From Candidatus Ratteibacteria bacterium (GTDB lineage: Bacteria; Ratteibacteria; UBA8468; B48-G9; DTJG01): a DNA stretch of 64,000 bases. A program made the translations under genes and the position numbers. The notes beneath the pieces are model-generated. The model was not told the origin of the DNA. It saw nothing but the letters and a program-made list of their open reading frames with translations, and searched no databases. Numbering within the stretch: position 1 is the stretch's first letter; every line of letters starts with the position of its first letter. The stretch is from NCBI GenBank assembly GCA_041656495.1, contig JBBADJ010000001.1, forward strand, positions 79,382 through 143,381. Direction: 5' to 3'. Positions 1 to 9,905 of this stretch are shown one piece after another.

Positions 1-2
1 CC

Positions 3-1121
3 GAGATAAACCTTGCATTTATTACCGCAGACACCTCTGGTCCAAAACATCTCTCAATGGTCCTTCGGCGAGCAAAACTTGAAGATCTTATTAAACCTAT
101 TCTTGAAAAATGCCGACAACCAGTCCAGCAAGCACTTTCGGATGCGAAATTAAATCAGCAACAAGTGGATAAAATTATCCTTGTCGGCGGACCCACAAGA
201 ATGCCGATCGTACAGAACTTTATTGAGGAACTTCTCGGAAAGAAACCAGAACGGGGAGTAGATCCTATGGAGTGTGTCTCTATCGGAGCCGCAATTCAGG
301 GCGCTATTCTTGGAGGAGATTTAAAAGATAAGGAAATACTCCTTCTTGATGTAACTCCTCTATCGCTCGGCATAGAAACCCTTGGCGGAGTTTCCACAAA
401 GGTTATAGACCGAAATACCACTATCCCTGTAAAAAAGAGCCAGGTCTTCTCCACTGCCGCTGATAATCAGACAAGTGTTGAAATCCACGTTCTTCAGGGA
501 GAACGCCCCATGTCAACGGATAATGTCAGCCTTGGGAAGTTCCATCTTGAAGGAATTCCCGCCGCTCCTCGGGGACTGCCTCAAATAGAGGTAACTTTTG
601 ATATTGACTCAAACGGCATCCTCGCTGTCTCTGCTAAAGATAAAGGAACTGGAAAAGAACAATCTATCCGTATTACCGCTTCTAGCAAACTTTCAAAGGA
701 TGAGATTGATTCAATGGTTCATCAGGCAGAATCCTTCGCAGAACAGGATAAAAAACGCCAGGAACTTGCTGAACTCTTCAATAAGGCAGATTCTCTCGCT
801 TATAGTCTTGAAAAAACCATTGATCAAAATAGCGAGAAGATTCCTGAACAGGAACAAAAGAATGCTAAAGAAAAAATTGCCGCATTAAAATCCGCAATAG
901 AAAAGAAGGAAGAAGAAGCAACCAAACAAGCTATGCAAGAGATTGAAAAACTTTCCCATAGCATTGCGGAAATTCTCTACAAAAAAACCGAGCAAGAACA
1001 GCAACAACAACAAACTTCCCAATCTCAGACAGATGCTTCTTCGCAGAAGGAATCCGCTGAAGAAAAGGGGAAAACTGTAGATGCGGAATATCGCGAAGTA
1101 AACGAAGATTCTCAGCAATAA
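3..1121 (+). CDS. dnaK: Chaperone DnaK (Hsp70), C-terminal portion; 5' end lies outside the window
   Basis: Reading frame is open from base 3. Translation shows the Hsp70 substrate-binding and lid region ([40 protein letters not shown]) and an acidic, Q-rich C-terminal tail. Confidence 0.9.
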   Translation, partial: EINLAFITADTSGPKHLSMVLRRAKLEDLIKPILEKCRQPVQQALSDAKLNQQQVDKIILVGGPTRMPIVQNFIEELLGKKPERGVDPMECVSIGAAIQGAILGGDLKDKEILLLDVTPLSLGIETLGGVSTKVIDRNTTIPVKKSQVFSTAADNQTSVEIHVLQGERPMSTDNVSLGKFHLEGIPAAPRGLPQIEVTFDIDSNGILAVSAKDKGTGKEQSIRITASSKLSKDEIDSMVHQAESFAEQDKKRQELAELFNKADSLAYSLEKTIDQNSEKIPEQEQKNAKEKIAALKSAIEKKEEEATKQAMQEIEKLSHSIAEILYKKTEQEQQQQQTSQSQTDASSQKESAEEKGKTVDAEYREVNEDSQQ

Positions 1122-1141
1122 GATCTCTTCTATTTTTTTTC

Positions 1142-1181
1142 GGGGAGACCGGCATTTCTTCTGTCGGTCTCCCTTTTTTTT
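1142..1181 (+). terminator. Rho-independent terminator downstream of dnaK
   Basis: GGGGAGACCG ... CGGTCTCCC forms a 9-10 bp stem with a 13-nt loop, followed directly by TTTTTTTT. Confidence 0.7.
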
Positions 1182-1229
1182 CTTTGACTTGCAAATAAAA
1201 AAGCGATATTCTTTTTCTATAAGTAGCAT

Positions 1230-2665
1230 CGTACCCATTACTCTATGGAGGACTATATGGGTATGAAAAAAAATGTTCAACTATGTGATTAAAAGAAATC
1301 CTATTACATTTTGCCCCTCCTTGTCAAGTTCATGGTAAAGCTATGTGTGCAGGAGCAGAAAATCAGGCATAATACAATGACCCGACATCAACACTCAACT
1401 ATTCGCAATAATATCTGCAACAGACCGAATGCGCAAGTCCGGGGGCCTTATTCACGCTTGCGAATTAGCCCCGGAAGGGGTGTGTTTCAAAAACCTTATC
1501 AAGGTCACCCCGGACTTGTTGCTTGTCAGGCTATCTGGTCTGGTGGAAATCGCTTCCCATTTTTCATTTTCAGCCATCAAATACCATATCCAGACCAAGA
1601 GTTTTCTTGCTATAGCCACAACAGCCTTTTTTCTGCCTGCCCGTTTACACACTCTATTAAAGATTCTTCTGGGTTTGTCATCTTCTCTAATAGCAACCCA
1701 TGCCGCATTAATGAGGGCTTTGCGGATAAAGACAGAGCCTTTTTTGGTGATTTTCCCATAGCGAACGGTTTTATCCGAGGCAAAGACTCTGGGACAAAGT
1801 CCTGCATAAGAAGCCAGTTTATCCGGATGATCAAACCTGGAAAAATCTCCTATTTCACTGATAAGACAAGCACAGACGGTATTCCCAATACCCGGAATAG
1901 ATGTCAGAATTTCATACAGTGGTTTAAATCTATCCAAATGCAGGAACGATTCTATTTCTTGTTCCGTTTGTTTAATCTGTCTTTCATTATAAAAAAGGTT
2001 TTCCGAGATTTGCATAAGAAAGTTTTTATGATATATGGAAAACTTTTTTCCGAAACGAGTAAGAAACAATTCCAGAGAGCTTCCGGTAATATGTTTCGGT
2101 CCGGCCAGATTGTTTTTCAAAAGAATTCTATGCGCGCTGTTGATCAAAGAGGTGTGCTGTCTCACAAGATTATGTCTGTGTCTGGTCAGTTCTCTAAAGG
2201 TTCTCAAGGATTTGTCCGGCACGAAGCAAGCCAACGATTTATTTCGCTGAAATTCTCCGCCGGAAAGCAAGAGCGCAAGTTTTTTAGCATCGCGACAATC
2301 TGTTTTGGGTTGATCCCAGCTATACTTTCTGGTCTCAACCGGATTCGCAAGAATAAGCGTTTCCACTTTGTTTTCAAGAAGATCAAACAACCAGTGATAA
2401 AAACCAATGGCTTCTACAACAACGGTGCAGGGATGCAACTGAGGCTGTGCAAAAAACTTTTCTATTTTCCCGGTGCATTTACAAGCAATCTTCTCCTGAC
2501 TTATCCAGTTTCCTTGTTCGTCACAACAAACAATGGTCATGCTATCTTTATGAAGATCCACTCCTATATATATCATTTCTTTCTCCCTGTTATCAGAGCG
2601 TTAGGCAAGCGAGTTGTTTTTCTTGTCAGCCGCTCTATTTCTATAGATAACCATTTTTTTATGGA
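1230..2665 (-). mobile_element. IS110-family insertion sequence (boundaries approximate)
   Basis: It carries a single DEDD-type IS110 transposase gene with no obvious terminal inverted repeats, as is typical for this family. The element sits between the dnaK terminator and the start of a pilin-like gene. Noncoding arms are about 270 bp on the 3' side of the transposase gene and about 97 bp on its 5' side. Confidence 0.55.
1452..2576 (-). CDS. IS110-family transposase/recombinase (DEDD RuvC-like N-terminal domain plus C-terminal Tnp domain)
   Basis: MIYIGVDLHKD N-terminus and the GIGNTVCACLISEIGDFSRF / LASYAGLCPRVFASDKT / ITKKGSVFIRKALINAAWVAI motifs are characteristic of IS110/IS1111 transposases. 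ATG start confirmed. Confidence 0.9.
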   Translation of the reverse strand: MIYIGVDLHKDSMTIVCCDEQGNWISQEKIACKCTGKIEKFFAQPQLHPCTVVVEAIGFYHWLFDLLENKVETLILANPVETRKYSWDQPKTDCRDAKKLALLLSGGEFQRNKSLACFVPDKSLRTFRELTRHRHNLVRQHTSLINSAHRILLKNNLAGPKHITGSSLELFLTRFGKKFSIYHKNFLMQISENLFYNERQIKQTEQEIESFLHLDRFKPLYEILTSIPGIGNTVCACLISEIGDFSRFDHPDKLASYAGLCPRVFASDKTVRYGKITKKGSVFIRKALINAAWVAIREDDKPRRIFNRVCKRAGRKKAVVAIARKLLVWIWYLMAENEKWEAISTRPDSLTSNKSGVTLIRFLKHTPSGANSQA

Positions 2666-2673
2666 GGGGCAAA

Positions 2674-3345
2674 ATGTTTAATGGAAAAGTGATTTCTCGC
2701 AAATCACATGGTTTCACGCTCATAGAATTGTTAGTGGTTATAGCTATTATCGCTATTTTAGCCGCAATGATCCTTCCCGCGCTTTCTCAAGCAAGAAAAA
2801 GAGCCCGTCAGGCTCTCTGTATCAGCAACGCAAAGCAGATCGCCACCGCGATTACGGTCTATGCTCAAGATTATGACGACTGGTTTCCGACTGGTCCGGT
2901 ATACTGGCACTATGTTGTAGATCCTTATTTAGGGTATAAGCCCAGTACAGGAACTCCGGGAGGAGCCATAAAAGATAAACCTGTATGGTGGTGTCCTGAA
3001 ATAATAGCTCCTCTTCCCGACCTCTCCAATCCCACAGGACGAGTCTATTGGGCAATAAATGATACCCGCTATTATTCGCCGGGAAAAGATTGGAAGTTTA
3101 GTTTAGTAAGAAAATCTTCGCAAAAGTTTATGCTTCTTGAATGTGCAAGAAACGATGTGGGATGTACCTGTACCCGTTATTATTGGTACTATCGGAACGC
3201 CTTCCCTCATTTCAATAGAATGAATGTACTCTATTGGGATTTCCATGTGGGCACGGTTCCAAATGCTGAACCCTACTTCTTTCTTGCTAATACCAGCGCA
3301 AATTCAACAAAAGCAAAACCATACTGGGACCCTAATTTCCACTAG
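2674..3345 (+). CDS. Prepilin-type N-terminal cleavage/methylation domain protein with a DUF1559 (H-X9-DG-like) C-terminal domain
   Basis: Class III signal KSHG|[24 protein letters not shown]; C-terminal [12 protein letters not shown] motif; RBS GGAGGGG 4 nt upstream of the ATG. Confidence 0.8.
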   Translation: MFNGKVISRKSHGFTLIELLVVIAIIAILAAMILPALSQARKRARQALCISNAKQIATAITVYAQDYDDWFPTGPVYWHYVVDPYLGYKPSTGTPGGAIKDKPVWWCPEIIAPLPDLSNPTGRVYWAINDTRYYSPGKDWKFSLVRKSSQKFMLLECARNDVGCTCTRYYWYYRNAFPHFNRMNVLYWDFHVGTVPNAEPYFFLANTSANSTKAKPYWDPNFH

Positions 3346-3365
3346 AGGTAATGAGAAAGAAAGAA

Positions 3366-4001
3366 TTAGATACGGGCTCTTCTACCGCCAGATTCCTCTT
3401 CCAATAGACTCTTGACATGTTTGAGTCTAATCCGGGAAGCGCGTTCATGTTCTTCAAGGCGAAATTCAATCATCCGTATGGAAGCGTCAAGATTCGGAAT
3501 AAGAACAGAATGCAAGGCATTCACTCTTCTTCGGGTACGTCTGATTTCATTCATAAATTGCTTCATTCTTCCTTCAAGTTCCACGACACGCGTAAGAAGA
3601 TCAAGCATCTGAAGGGCAGAGGAATATTCTTGATATACGTCTGGATGAAAAAGGTTTGCGGGCGGAGGTTCAGAAGGAAGATCGCGTTCAATCTGAAACG
3701 AGGGAATATTGAAGATTCTTTTAGGAACCTTTCTCCATACAATTGGTTCGGAAAAAAAACGATATGCGTTCCACTGCTCGGAATCAAATCCTGCACGGAA
3801 TCCGATTGTACCGGCTAAAAAAGAGGGGAAGGCGCGTTCTGCTTCTTCTCGCGCTTTGCGAGATTCCTCAAGAAGAGCACGAAAAGCAATATAAAGCTGT
3901 TCTTCTTTCTCTTTAAGAAGAGAATGCCCACGTTCCGCAAGCGCAAGCCGTTTCTTCAACTTCAGAAGTTCAAGCCGTGTCGGTATTATCCGCTGACGCA
4001 T
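3366..4001 (-). CDS. atpD: V-type ATP synthase subunit D
   Basis: [37 protein letters not shown]-terminus and coiled-coil organisation typical of V/A-ATPase subunit D; overlaps the upstream B-subunit gene by 32 nt. Confidence 0.8.
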   Translation of the reverse strand: MRQRIIPTRLELLKLKKRLALAERGHSLLKEKEEQLYIAFRALLEESRKAREEAERAFPSFLAGTIGFRAGFDSEQWNAYRFFSEPIVWRKVPKRIFNIPSFQIERDLPSEPPPANLFHPDVYQEYSSALQMLDLLTRVVELEGRMKQFMNEIRRTRRRVNALHSVLIPNLDASIRMIEFRLEEHERASRIRLKHVKSLLEEESGGRRARI

Positions 4002-5379
4002 CTTCTTCCTGAAAAGATTGAAAAATTTCCGGAGGGATCCGTTTTAATTCCTGTCTTGGCAAGCGACGCAGGAGCCGCCATCCAATATCAAGGGTTTCAA
4101 GGATATCCCTAGTTTCATTCTCTTTTTGGCTTACAAATTCCGCTTCAAACTTTCTCATAAATTCAAGGTGAGCAAGATCTATTTCGGTAAGTGCGGCTTC
4201 TCCAAGAACCACCGACAATTCTTCTGCCTGACGACCCTGAGCATACGAGGCAAAAAGCTGACTCGCAAGCGCGGGATGATCTCGTCTGGTAGATTCGCCA
4301 ATTCCTTTATCTCGGAGACGCGATAAAGAAGGAAGAAGATCTATCGGAGGGTAAATACCCTTCAAATGAAGACTTCGTGAAAGAATAATCTGTCCTTCAG
4401 TAATATACCCGGTTAGATCGGGAACAGGGTGAGTTTTATCATCCTCGGGCATGGTAAGAACCGGCATCTGTGTAATAGAACCAGGTTTTCCTTTTATCCG
4501 TCCCGCTCGTTCGTAAATAGAGGCAAGATCTGTGTAAAGGTAGGAAGGGTATCCACGCCTTCCTGGAATCTCGTTTCTAGCGGCGGAGATCTCCCGAAGG
4601 GCCTCTGAATAGATAGTCATATCAGTAAGAACAACCAATACATGCATCCCAAGAGTAAATGCAAGATACTCGGCGCACGTAAGGGCAACACGAGGAGTGG
4701 AGATTCTTTCTATGGCAGGCTCGTCCGCAAGATTAAAGAAGAGAACAGAACGTTCAATAGAGCCGGAAGAAACAAATTCTTTCCGAAAAAATTCCGCTTC
4801 CTCAAATGTAATGCCCATGGCGCCAAAGACCACCGCAAAATCTTCTCCTCCTCCGCGAATAGAGGCCTGGCGGAGAATCTGAGCCACCAGCGCATTATGA
4901 GGAAGACCTGAAGAAGAAAAAACCGGAAGTTTTTGTCCCCGTACCAAGCTATTCAATCCATCAATCGCGGAAATTCCGGTCTGAATAAATTCTGAGGGAT
5001 AATCCCGACGAGTAGGATTGATAGGTTCACCGTTTATATCAAAAGAAAGAGAGGGAATAATAGGAGGGCCGCCATCGCGAAGTTCTCCAAGACCGTTAAA
5101 AACTCTTCCGAGCACATCTCTACCTGTCCGAAATTCAACGGGACGAGCTTGAAACCGAATCTTTACATCCGAGGGAGAAATACCGGTAGTTCCCTCATAT
5201 ACCTGAACAAGCGCCATATCCCTATCAGCCTCTAAAACACTTCCATGACGTACCGTACCTTCGCTTTCAATCCGAACAAGCTCTCCGAGAGCGACATCAG
5301 AAACACCCTCTACCAAAAGCAGGGAACCTGTAATTTGGGAAACTTCCTGATACTCGCGAAAAATAGTAAATGATTTCAT
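3970..5379 (-). CDS. atpB: V-type ATP synthase subunit B (non-catalytic)
   Basis: 469 aa with the RecA-like fold of V/A-ATPase B: a degenerate P-loop region [21 protein letters not shown], plus [22 protein letters not shown]. No intact Walker A motif. Confidence 0.85.
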   Translation of the reverse strand: MKSFTIFREYQEVSQITGSLLLVEGVSDVALGELVRIESEGTVRHGSVLEADRDMALVQVYEGTTGISPSDVKIRFQARPVEFRTGRDVLGRVFNGLGELRDGGPPIIPSLSFDINGEPINPTRRDYPSEFIQTGISAIDGLNSLVRGQKLPVFSSSGLPHNALVAQILRQASIRGGGEDFAVVFGAMGITFEEAEFFRKEFVSSGSIERSVLFFNLADEPAIERISTPRVALTCAEYLAFTLGMHVLVVLTDMTIYSEALREISAARNEIPGRRGYPSYLYTDLASIYERAGRIKGKPGSITQMPVLTMPEDDKTHPVPDLTGYITEGQIILSRSLHLKGIYPPIDLLPSLSRLRDKGIGESTRRDHPALASQLFASYAQGRQAEELSVVLGEAALTEIDLAHLEFMRKFEAEFVSQKENETRDILETLDIGWRLLRRLPRQELKRIPPEIFQSFQEEDASADNTDTA

Positions 5380-5468
5380 CTTTTTTTGAAAAAAGTTGAA
5401 GTAAAAATCTTTTTAAGTGATAATGAGGCAATATTTAAAGATACCATATATCTGCACAAAGGAGAAAT

Positions 5469-6503
5469 ATGCCCACGTATAAAAGCGCAGGAGTTGATGA
5501 CAAAAAAGCCGAAGCGCTGATAGAGATCATTGCGAAAAAAACCTCGCGTACGAGCCGTTCTGCCAAATCAAGCGCTATAGGATATTTCGGAGGATTCTTT
5601 CCTCTCGCCACAGCAAAGTATCGCCAGCCGGTACTAGTGGCCTCCTGCGATGGCGTAGGAACCAAGCTTCTTATTGCGCATGAGATGCATTCCTACGAAA
5701 ATATCGGCGTAGACCTTGTAGCAATGAACTGCAACGATGTTGCGGTTTGTGGGGCTTCTCCGCTCTTTTTTCTTGACTATCTCGCAGTAGGAAAACTTAA
5801 TCTTATCCGGGAAGAAAAACTTATTGCCGGAATTATAAAAGGCTGTGAAACCGCGGAATGTCTTTTGATTGGTGGAGAGACCGCACAAATGCCGGAAATC
5901 TATAAAAAAGAAGATTTTGATCTTGCGGGCTTCTGTGTTGGTATCGTTGAAAAAAGAAAAATTTTAGGACCCCAAAGGGTAAAAAAGGGAGATATTATTA
6001 TTGGGGTTGCGTCCAATGGACTTCATAGCAACGGATTTTCTCTTGTAAGAAAAATCTTTCTTTCAACCAGTAGAAAAAGAAGCCTTCTCTATGCCTATAA
6101 CCCGACCCTTGGCCGATCCCTCGGCGAGGAACTTCTCAGACCTACCTTTATTTATACCCGCCTCCTTAAAAAACTTGCACAGAACAATTATCTCTCCGCC
6201 TCTGCACATATCACTGGTGGCGGAATCCCTGGAAATCTTTCTCGCGCTCTTCCGGAGGATCTTCAGGCAGTCATTAAAAAAAGCTCATGGCAAGTCCCCC
6301 GGATCTTTCCACTGATGCAGGAAATAGGAAAAATTGCCCCTAGAGAAATGTTTAAGGTATTTAATATGGGATTAGGACTCATCCTTATCGCAAAACCAAC
6401 GCATGAATCCGCTATCCTAAAAGAAGCAAAAAATCAGGGGTACCGTGCACAGGTAATAGGAATAGTGGAACCCGGGCCTAAAAAGGTCACTTTTAAACGG
6501 TAA
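5469..6503 (+). CDS. purM: Phosphoribosylformylglycinamidine cyclo-ligase (AIR synthetase)
   Basis: LVASCDGVGTKLLIA and GGETAQMPEIY motifs; 344 aa; RBS AAAGGAG. Confidence 0.9.
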   Translation: MPTYKSAGVDDKKAEALIEIIAKKTSRTSRSAKSSAIGYFGGFFPLATAKYRQPVLVASCDGVGTKLLIAHEMHSYENIGVDLVAMNCNDVAVCGASPLFFLDYLAVGKLNLIREEKLIAGIIKGCETAECLLIGGETAQMPEIYKKEDFDLAGFCVGIVEKRKILGPQRVKKGDIIIGVASNGLHSNGFSLVRKIFLSTSRKRSLLYAYNPTLGRSLGEELLRPTFIYTRLLKKLAQNNYLSASAHITGGGIPGNLSRALPEDLQAVIKKSSWQVPRIFPLMQEIGKIAPREMFKVFNMGLGLILIAKPTHESAILKEAKNQGYRAQVIGIVEPGPKKVTFKR

Positions 6504-6552
6504 CTGCATATTCCCAAATCTTTCCAAAAAAAGAAAACGGTCCTCTTAAACC

Positions 6553-6580
6553 TTGACGCCGTCTGATTTCTGAGTATACT
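6553..6580 (+). promoter_or_regulatory. Sigma-70-like promoter (TTGACG-N16-TATACT) upstream of the LeuD-like/IDH-like pair
   Basis: Near-consensus -35 and -10 hexamers with 16-nt spacing, about 130 nt upstream of the start codon at 6711. Confidence 0.4.
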
Positions 6581-6710
6581 TTCTTCTTGGAATACGAGCC
6601 ATTTACAAAACTCTTTTCAATAAATCTTTAGGATTTGTTCAATCCTTCTCATCTCTCTTGATAGAGTAGGGTGAAGAGACCGAAAAGAACCACAACGTAC
6701 GGAGGAAGGC

Positions 6711-7208
6711 ATGATACTCAAAGGAAAAGCACATACCTTTGGAGATGATATCAATACTGATTACATTATATCCGGGAGATATAAATTTAAGACATTGGAT
6801 ATGAAGGAACTCTCTACGCACCTTATGGAAGATCTTGATCCTGATTTCTCAAAGAAAATCACGAAAGGAGATTTTCTTGTAGGAGGCGAAAACTTTGGAT
6901 GCGGTTCAAGCAGAGAACAGGCGGTCCTTGCTATAAAATTTGCCGATATCGGCGCGATCATCGCAAAAAGTTTTGCACGCATATTTTTTCGGAATGGAAT
7001 TAATGTCGGACTGGTTCTCATTGAAGCAGATACAGACGGAATCTCCAACAATGACCTACTACAAATCAATCTTCCTGAAGGAAAAATTGAAAATCTTACT
7101 ACAGGCACCACACACTCAATGAGACCTCTTCCAGATTTTTTGCTTTCCATTATTCAAGAAGGCGGAGTTGTGCAGTACCTTAAAAAATATAAGGACTTTA
7201 CTCTATGA
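6711..7208 (+). CDS. Aconitase-family small subunit (LeuD-like, archaeal-type short form)
   Basis: 165 aa; GENFGCGSSREQA motif; paralog of the leuD at 28875..29366. Confidence 0.75.
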   Translation: MILKGKAHTFGDDINTDYIISGRYKFKTLDMKELSTHLMEDLDPDFSKKITKGDFLVGGENFGCGSSREQAVLAIKFADIGAIIAKSFARIFFRNGINVGLVLIEADTDGISNNDLLQINLPEGKIENLTTGTTHSMRPLPDFLLSIIQEGGVVQYLKKYKDFTL

Positions 7209-8287
7209 GCCGCCATACAATAACCCTTATTCCCGGAGACGGGATCGGCCCGGAAATCACTGAAATTACCCGGAAGATTATTCAAGCGGCCGGCGTAGAG
7301 ATTGATTGGGATCTTCAGCCCGCCGGACTTCCTGCAATAGAAGAGTATCAGACGCCTCTACCAGAGAAAACAATCAATTCAATAGAGAAACATCGCGTCT
7401 GTCTTAAAGCGCCTATCACCACTCCTATAGGATCTGGATACCGAAGTGTCAATGTAACACTTCGTCAGCATTTTGACCTTTACGCGTGCGTACGGCCATT
7501 CAAAACATTTGTAGGAACAAAAACCCGATATCCCTCCATAGATCTTGTAGTGATACGAGAAAATATTGAAGACTTATACGCTGGCATTGAAACACCAAAG
7601 GATGCACCGGAAACATTACAACTTATTGACTTTATCTCGGAAAAACTCGGAAAAACAGTCAGAAAAGATTCTGGTATTAGCATCAAACCTATTTCTATAA
7701 GAAATTCAGAACGTATTGTGATATGGGCATTTGAGTATGCAAAAAAATATCGCAGAAAAAAAGTAACCGCGATACATAAAGCAAATATCATGAAATTTAC
7801 CGATGGTCTTTTTTTGGAAGTTGCTAAAACTGTTGCCTCGCGCTACCCGGAGATTGAGTTTGAAGATCGCATTGTAGACAATATGGCCATGCAATTGGTA
7901 CAAAAACCAGAACTGTACGATATTCTTGTCTGTCCGAATCTATACGGAGATATTCTCTCGGATCTATGTGCTGGACTAATCGGAGGGCTCGGAATGTCGC
8001 CCGGAGGAAATATAGGAGAGAGCGCGGCAATCTTTGAAGCAACCCATGGAAGCGCTCCCAAATATGCAGGACAAGATAAAGTCAATCCTTCGGCGCTCAT
8101 TCTTGCCGCAGTCCTGATGTTGCGGCATATCAAAGAAGAAAAGGCCGCAAACGCTATTGAAGAAGCTCTTGCCGCTGTTATTGCCGAAGGACGTTATGTT
8201 ACCTATGATCTGAAACAAGCCGGAGAAATACCGGCAAAATCCTCTGAGATGGGCGAAGCGATTATCGCTGCACTCAAAAAAGCATAA
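7205..8287 (+). CDS. Isocitrate / homoisocitrate / isopropylmalate dehydrogenase family protein (NAD-IDH-like)
   Basis: TLIPGDGIGPE N-terminus; SVNVTLRQHFDLYACVRP; NLYGDILSDL; 4-nt overlap with the upstream small-subunit gene. Confidence 0.75.
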   Translation: MSRHTITLIPGDGIGPEITEITRKIIQAAGVEIDWDLQPAGLPAIEEYQTPLPEKTINSIEKHRVCLKAPITTPIGSGYRSVNVTLRQHFDLYACVRPFKTFVGTKTRYPSIDLVVIRENIEDLYAGIETPKDAPETLQLIDFISEKLGKTVRKDSGISIKPISIRNSERIVIWAFEYAKKYRRKKVTAIHKANIMKFTDGLFLEVAKTVASRYPEIEFEDRIVDNMAMQLVQKPELYDILVCPNLYGDILSDLCAGLIGGLGMSPGGNIGESAAIFEATHGSAPKYAGQDKVNPSALILAAVLMLRHIKEEKAANAIEEALAAVIAEGRYVTYDLKQAGEIPAKSSEMGEAIIAALKKA

Positions 8288-9571
<1,284 letters not shown>

Positions 9572-9655
9572 TCTAAAAAAAGTTTCTTCCAGTTCTTTCA
9601 AATCAAGATACTCTTCTTCTTTATAATCTTGAGATACTTTATCTTGAAGATCTGA

Positions 9656-9684
9656 TTGACAAAGAAAAAAGAGAGTATTATGAT
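9656..9684 (+). promoter_or_regulatory. Sigma-70-like promoter (TTGACA-N17-TATGAT) with a roughly 215-nt 5' UTR before the 971-aa secreted protein gene
   Basis: Consensus -35 TTGACA at 9656-9661 and -10 TATGAT at 9679-9684. Confidence 0.35.
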
Positions 9685-9905
9685 CTATGGTAGAGGAAGA
9701 ATCTCCTCAGAGCTTCCTTGCCGGAGATTTTTAATTTTAGCGGAGATACCTGTCAGGTTCAGAATAATGATTACCCTTTCTATGGAGCATTCCATAAAAA
9801 CGAACCAAGATCCGCAAAGACCTCCCCAAAGTCTATATTCTCTGGATAAAAAAAAAGAAAACTCTTTAGAAAAGGCTATTTCTCTTTTAACATAGGGAGA
9901 GAACC

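Noticed and set aside
1245-1292. 11-codon mini-ORF (MGMKKNVQLCD) with an upstream GGAGG, in the region between the dnaK terminator and the IS110 transposase gene
   Set aside because: It is too short to support as a gene and lies in the probable IS110 noncoding arm where a structured RNA is more likely.
1311-2681. 456-aa plus-strand ORF spanning the whole IS110 element
   Set aside because: It runs antisense to a well-supported IS110 transposase, has a low-complexity Phe/Ser/Lys-rich translation, and matches no family. It is an antisense artefact.
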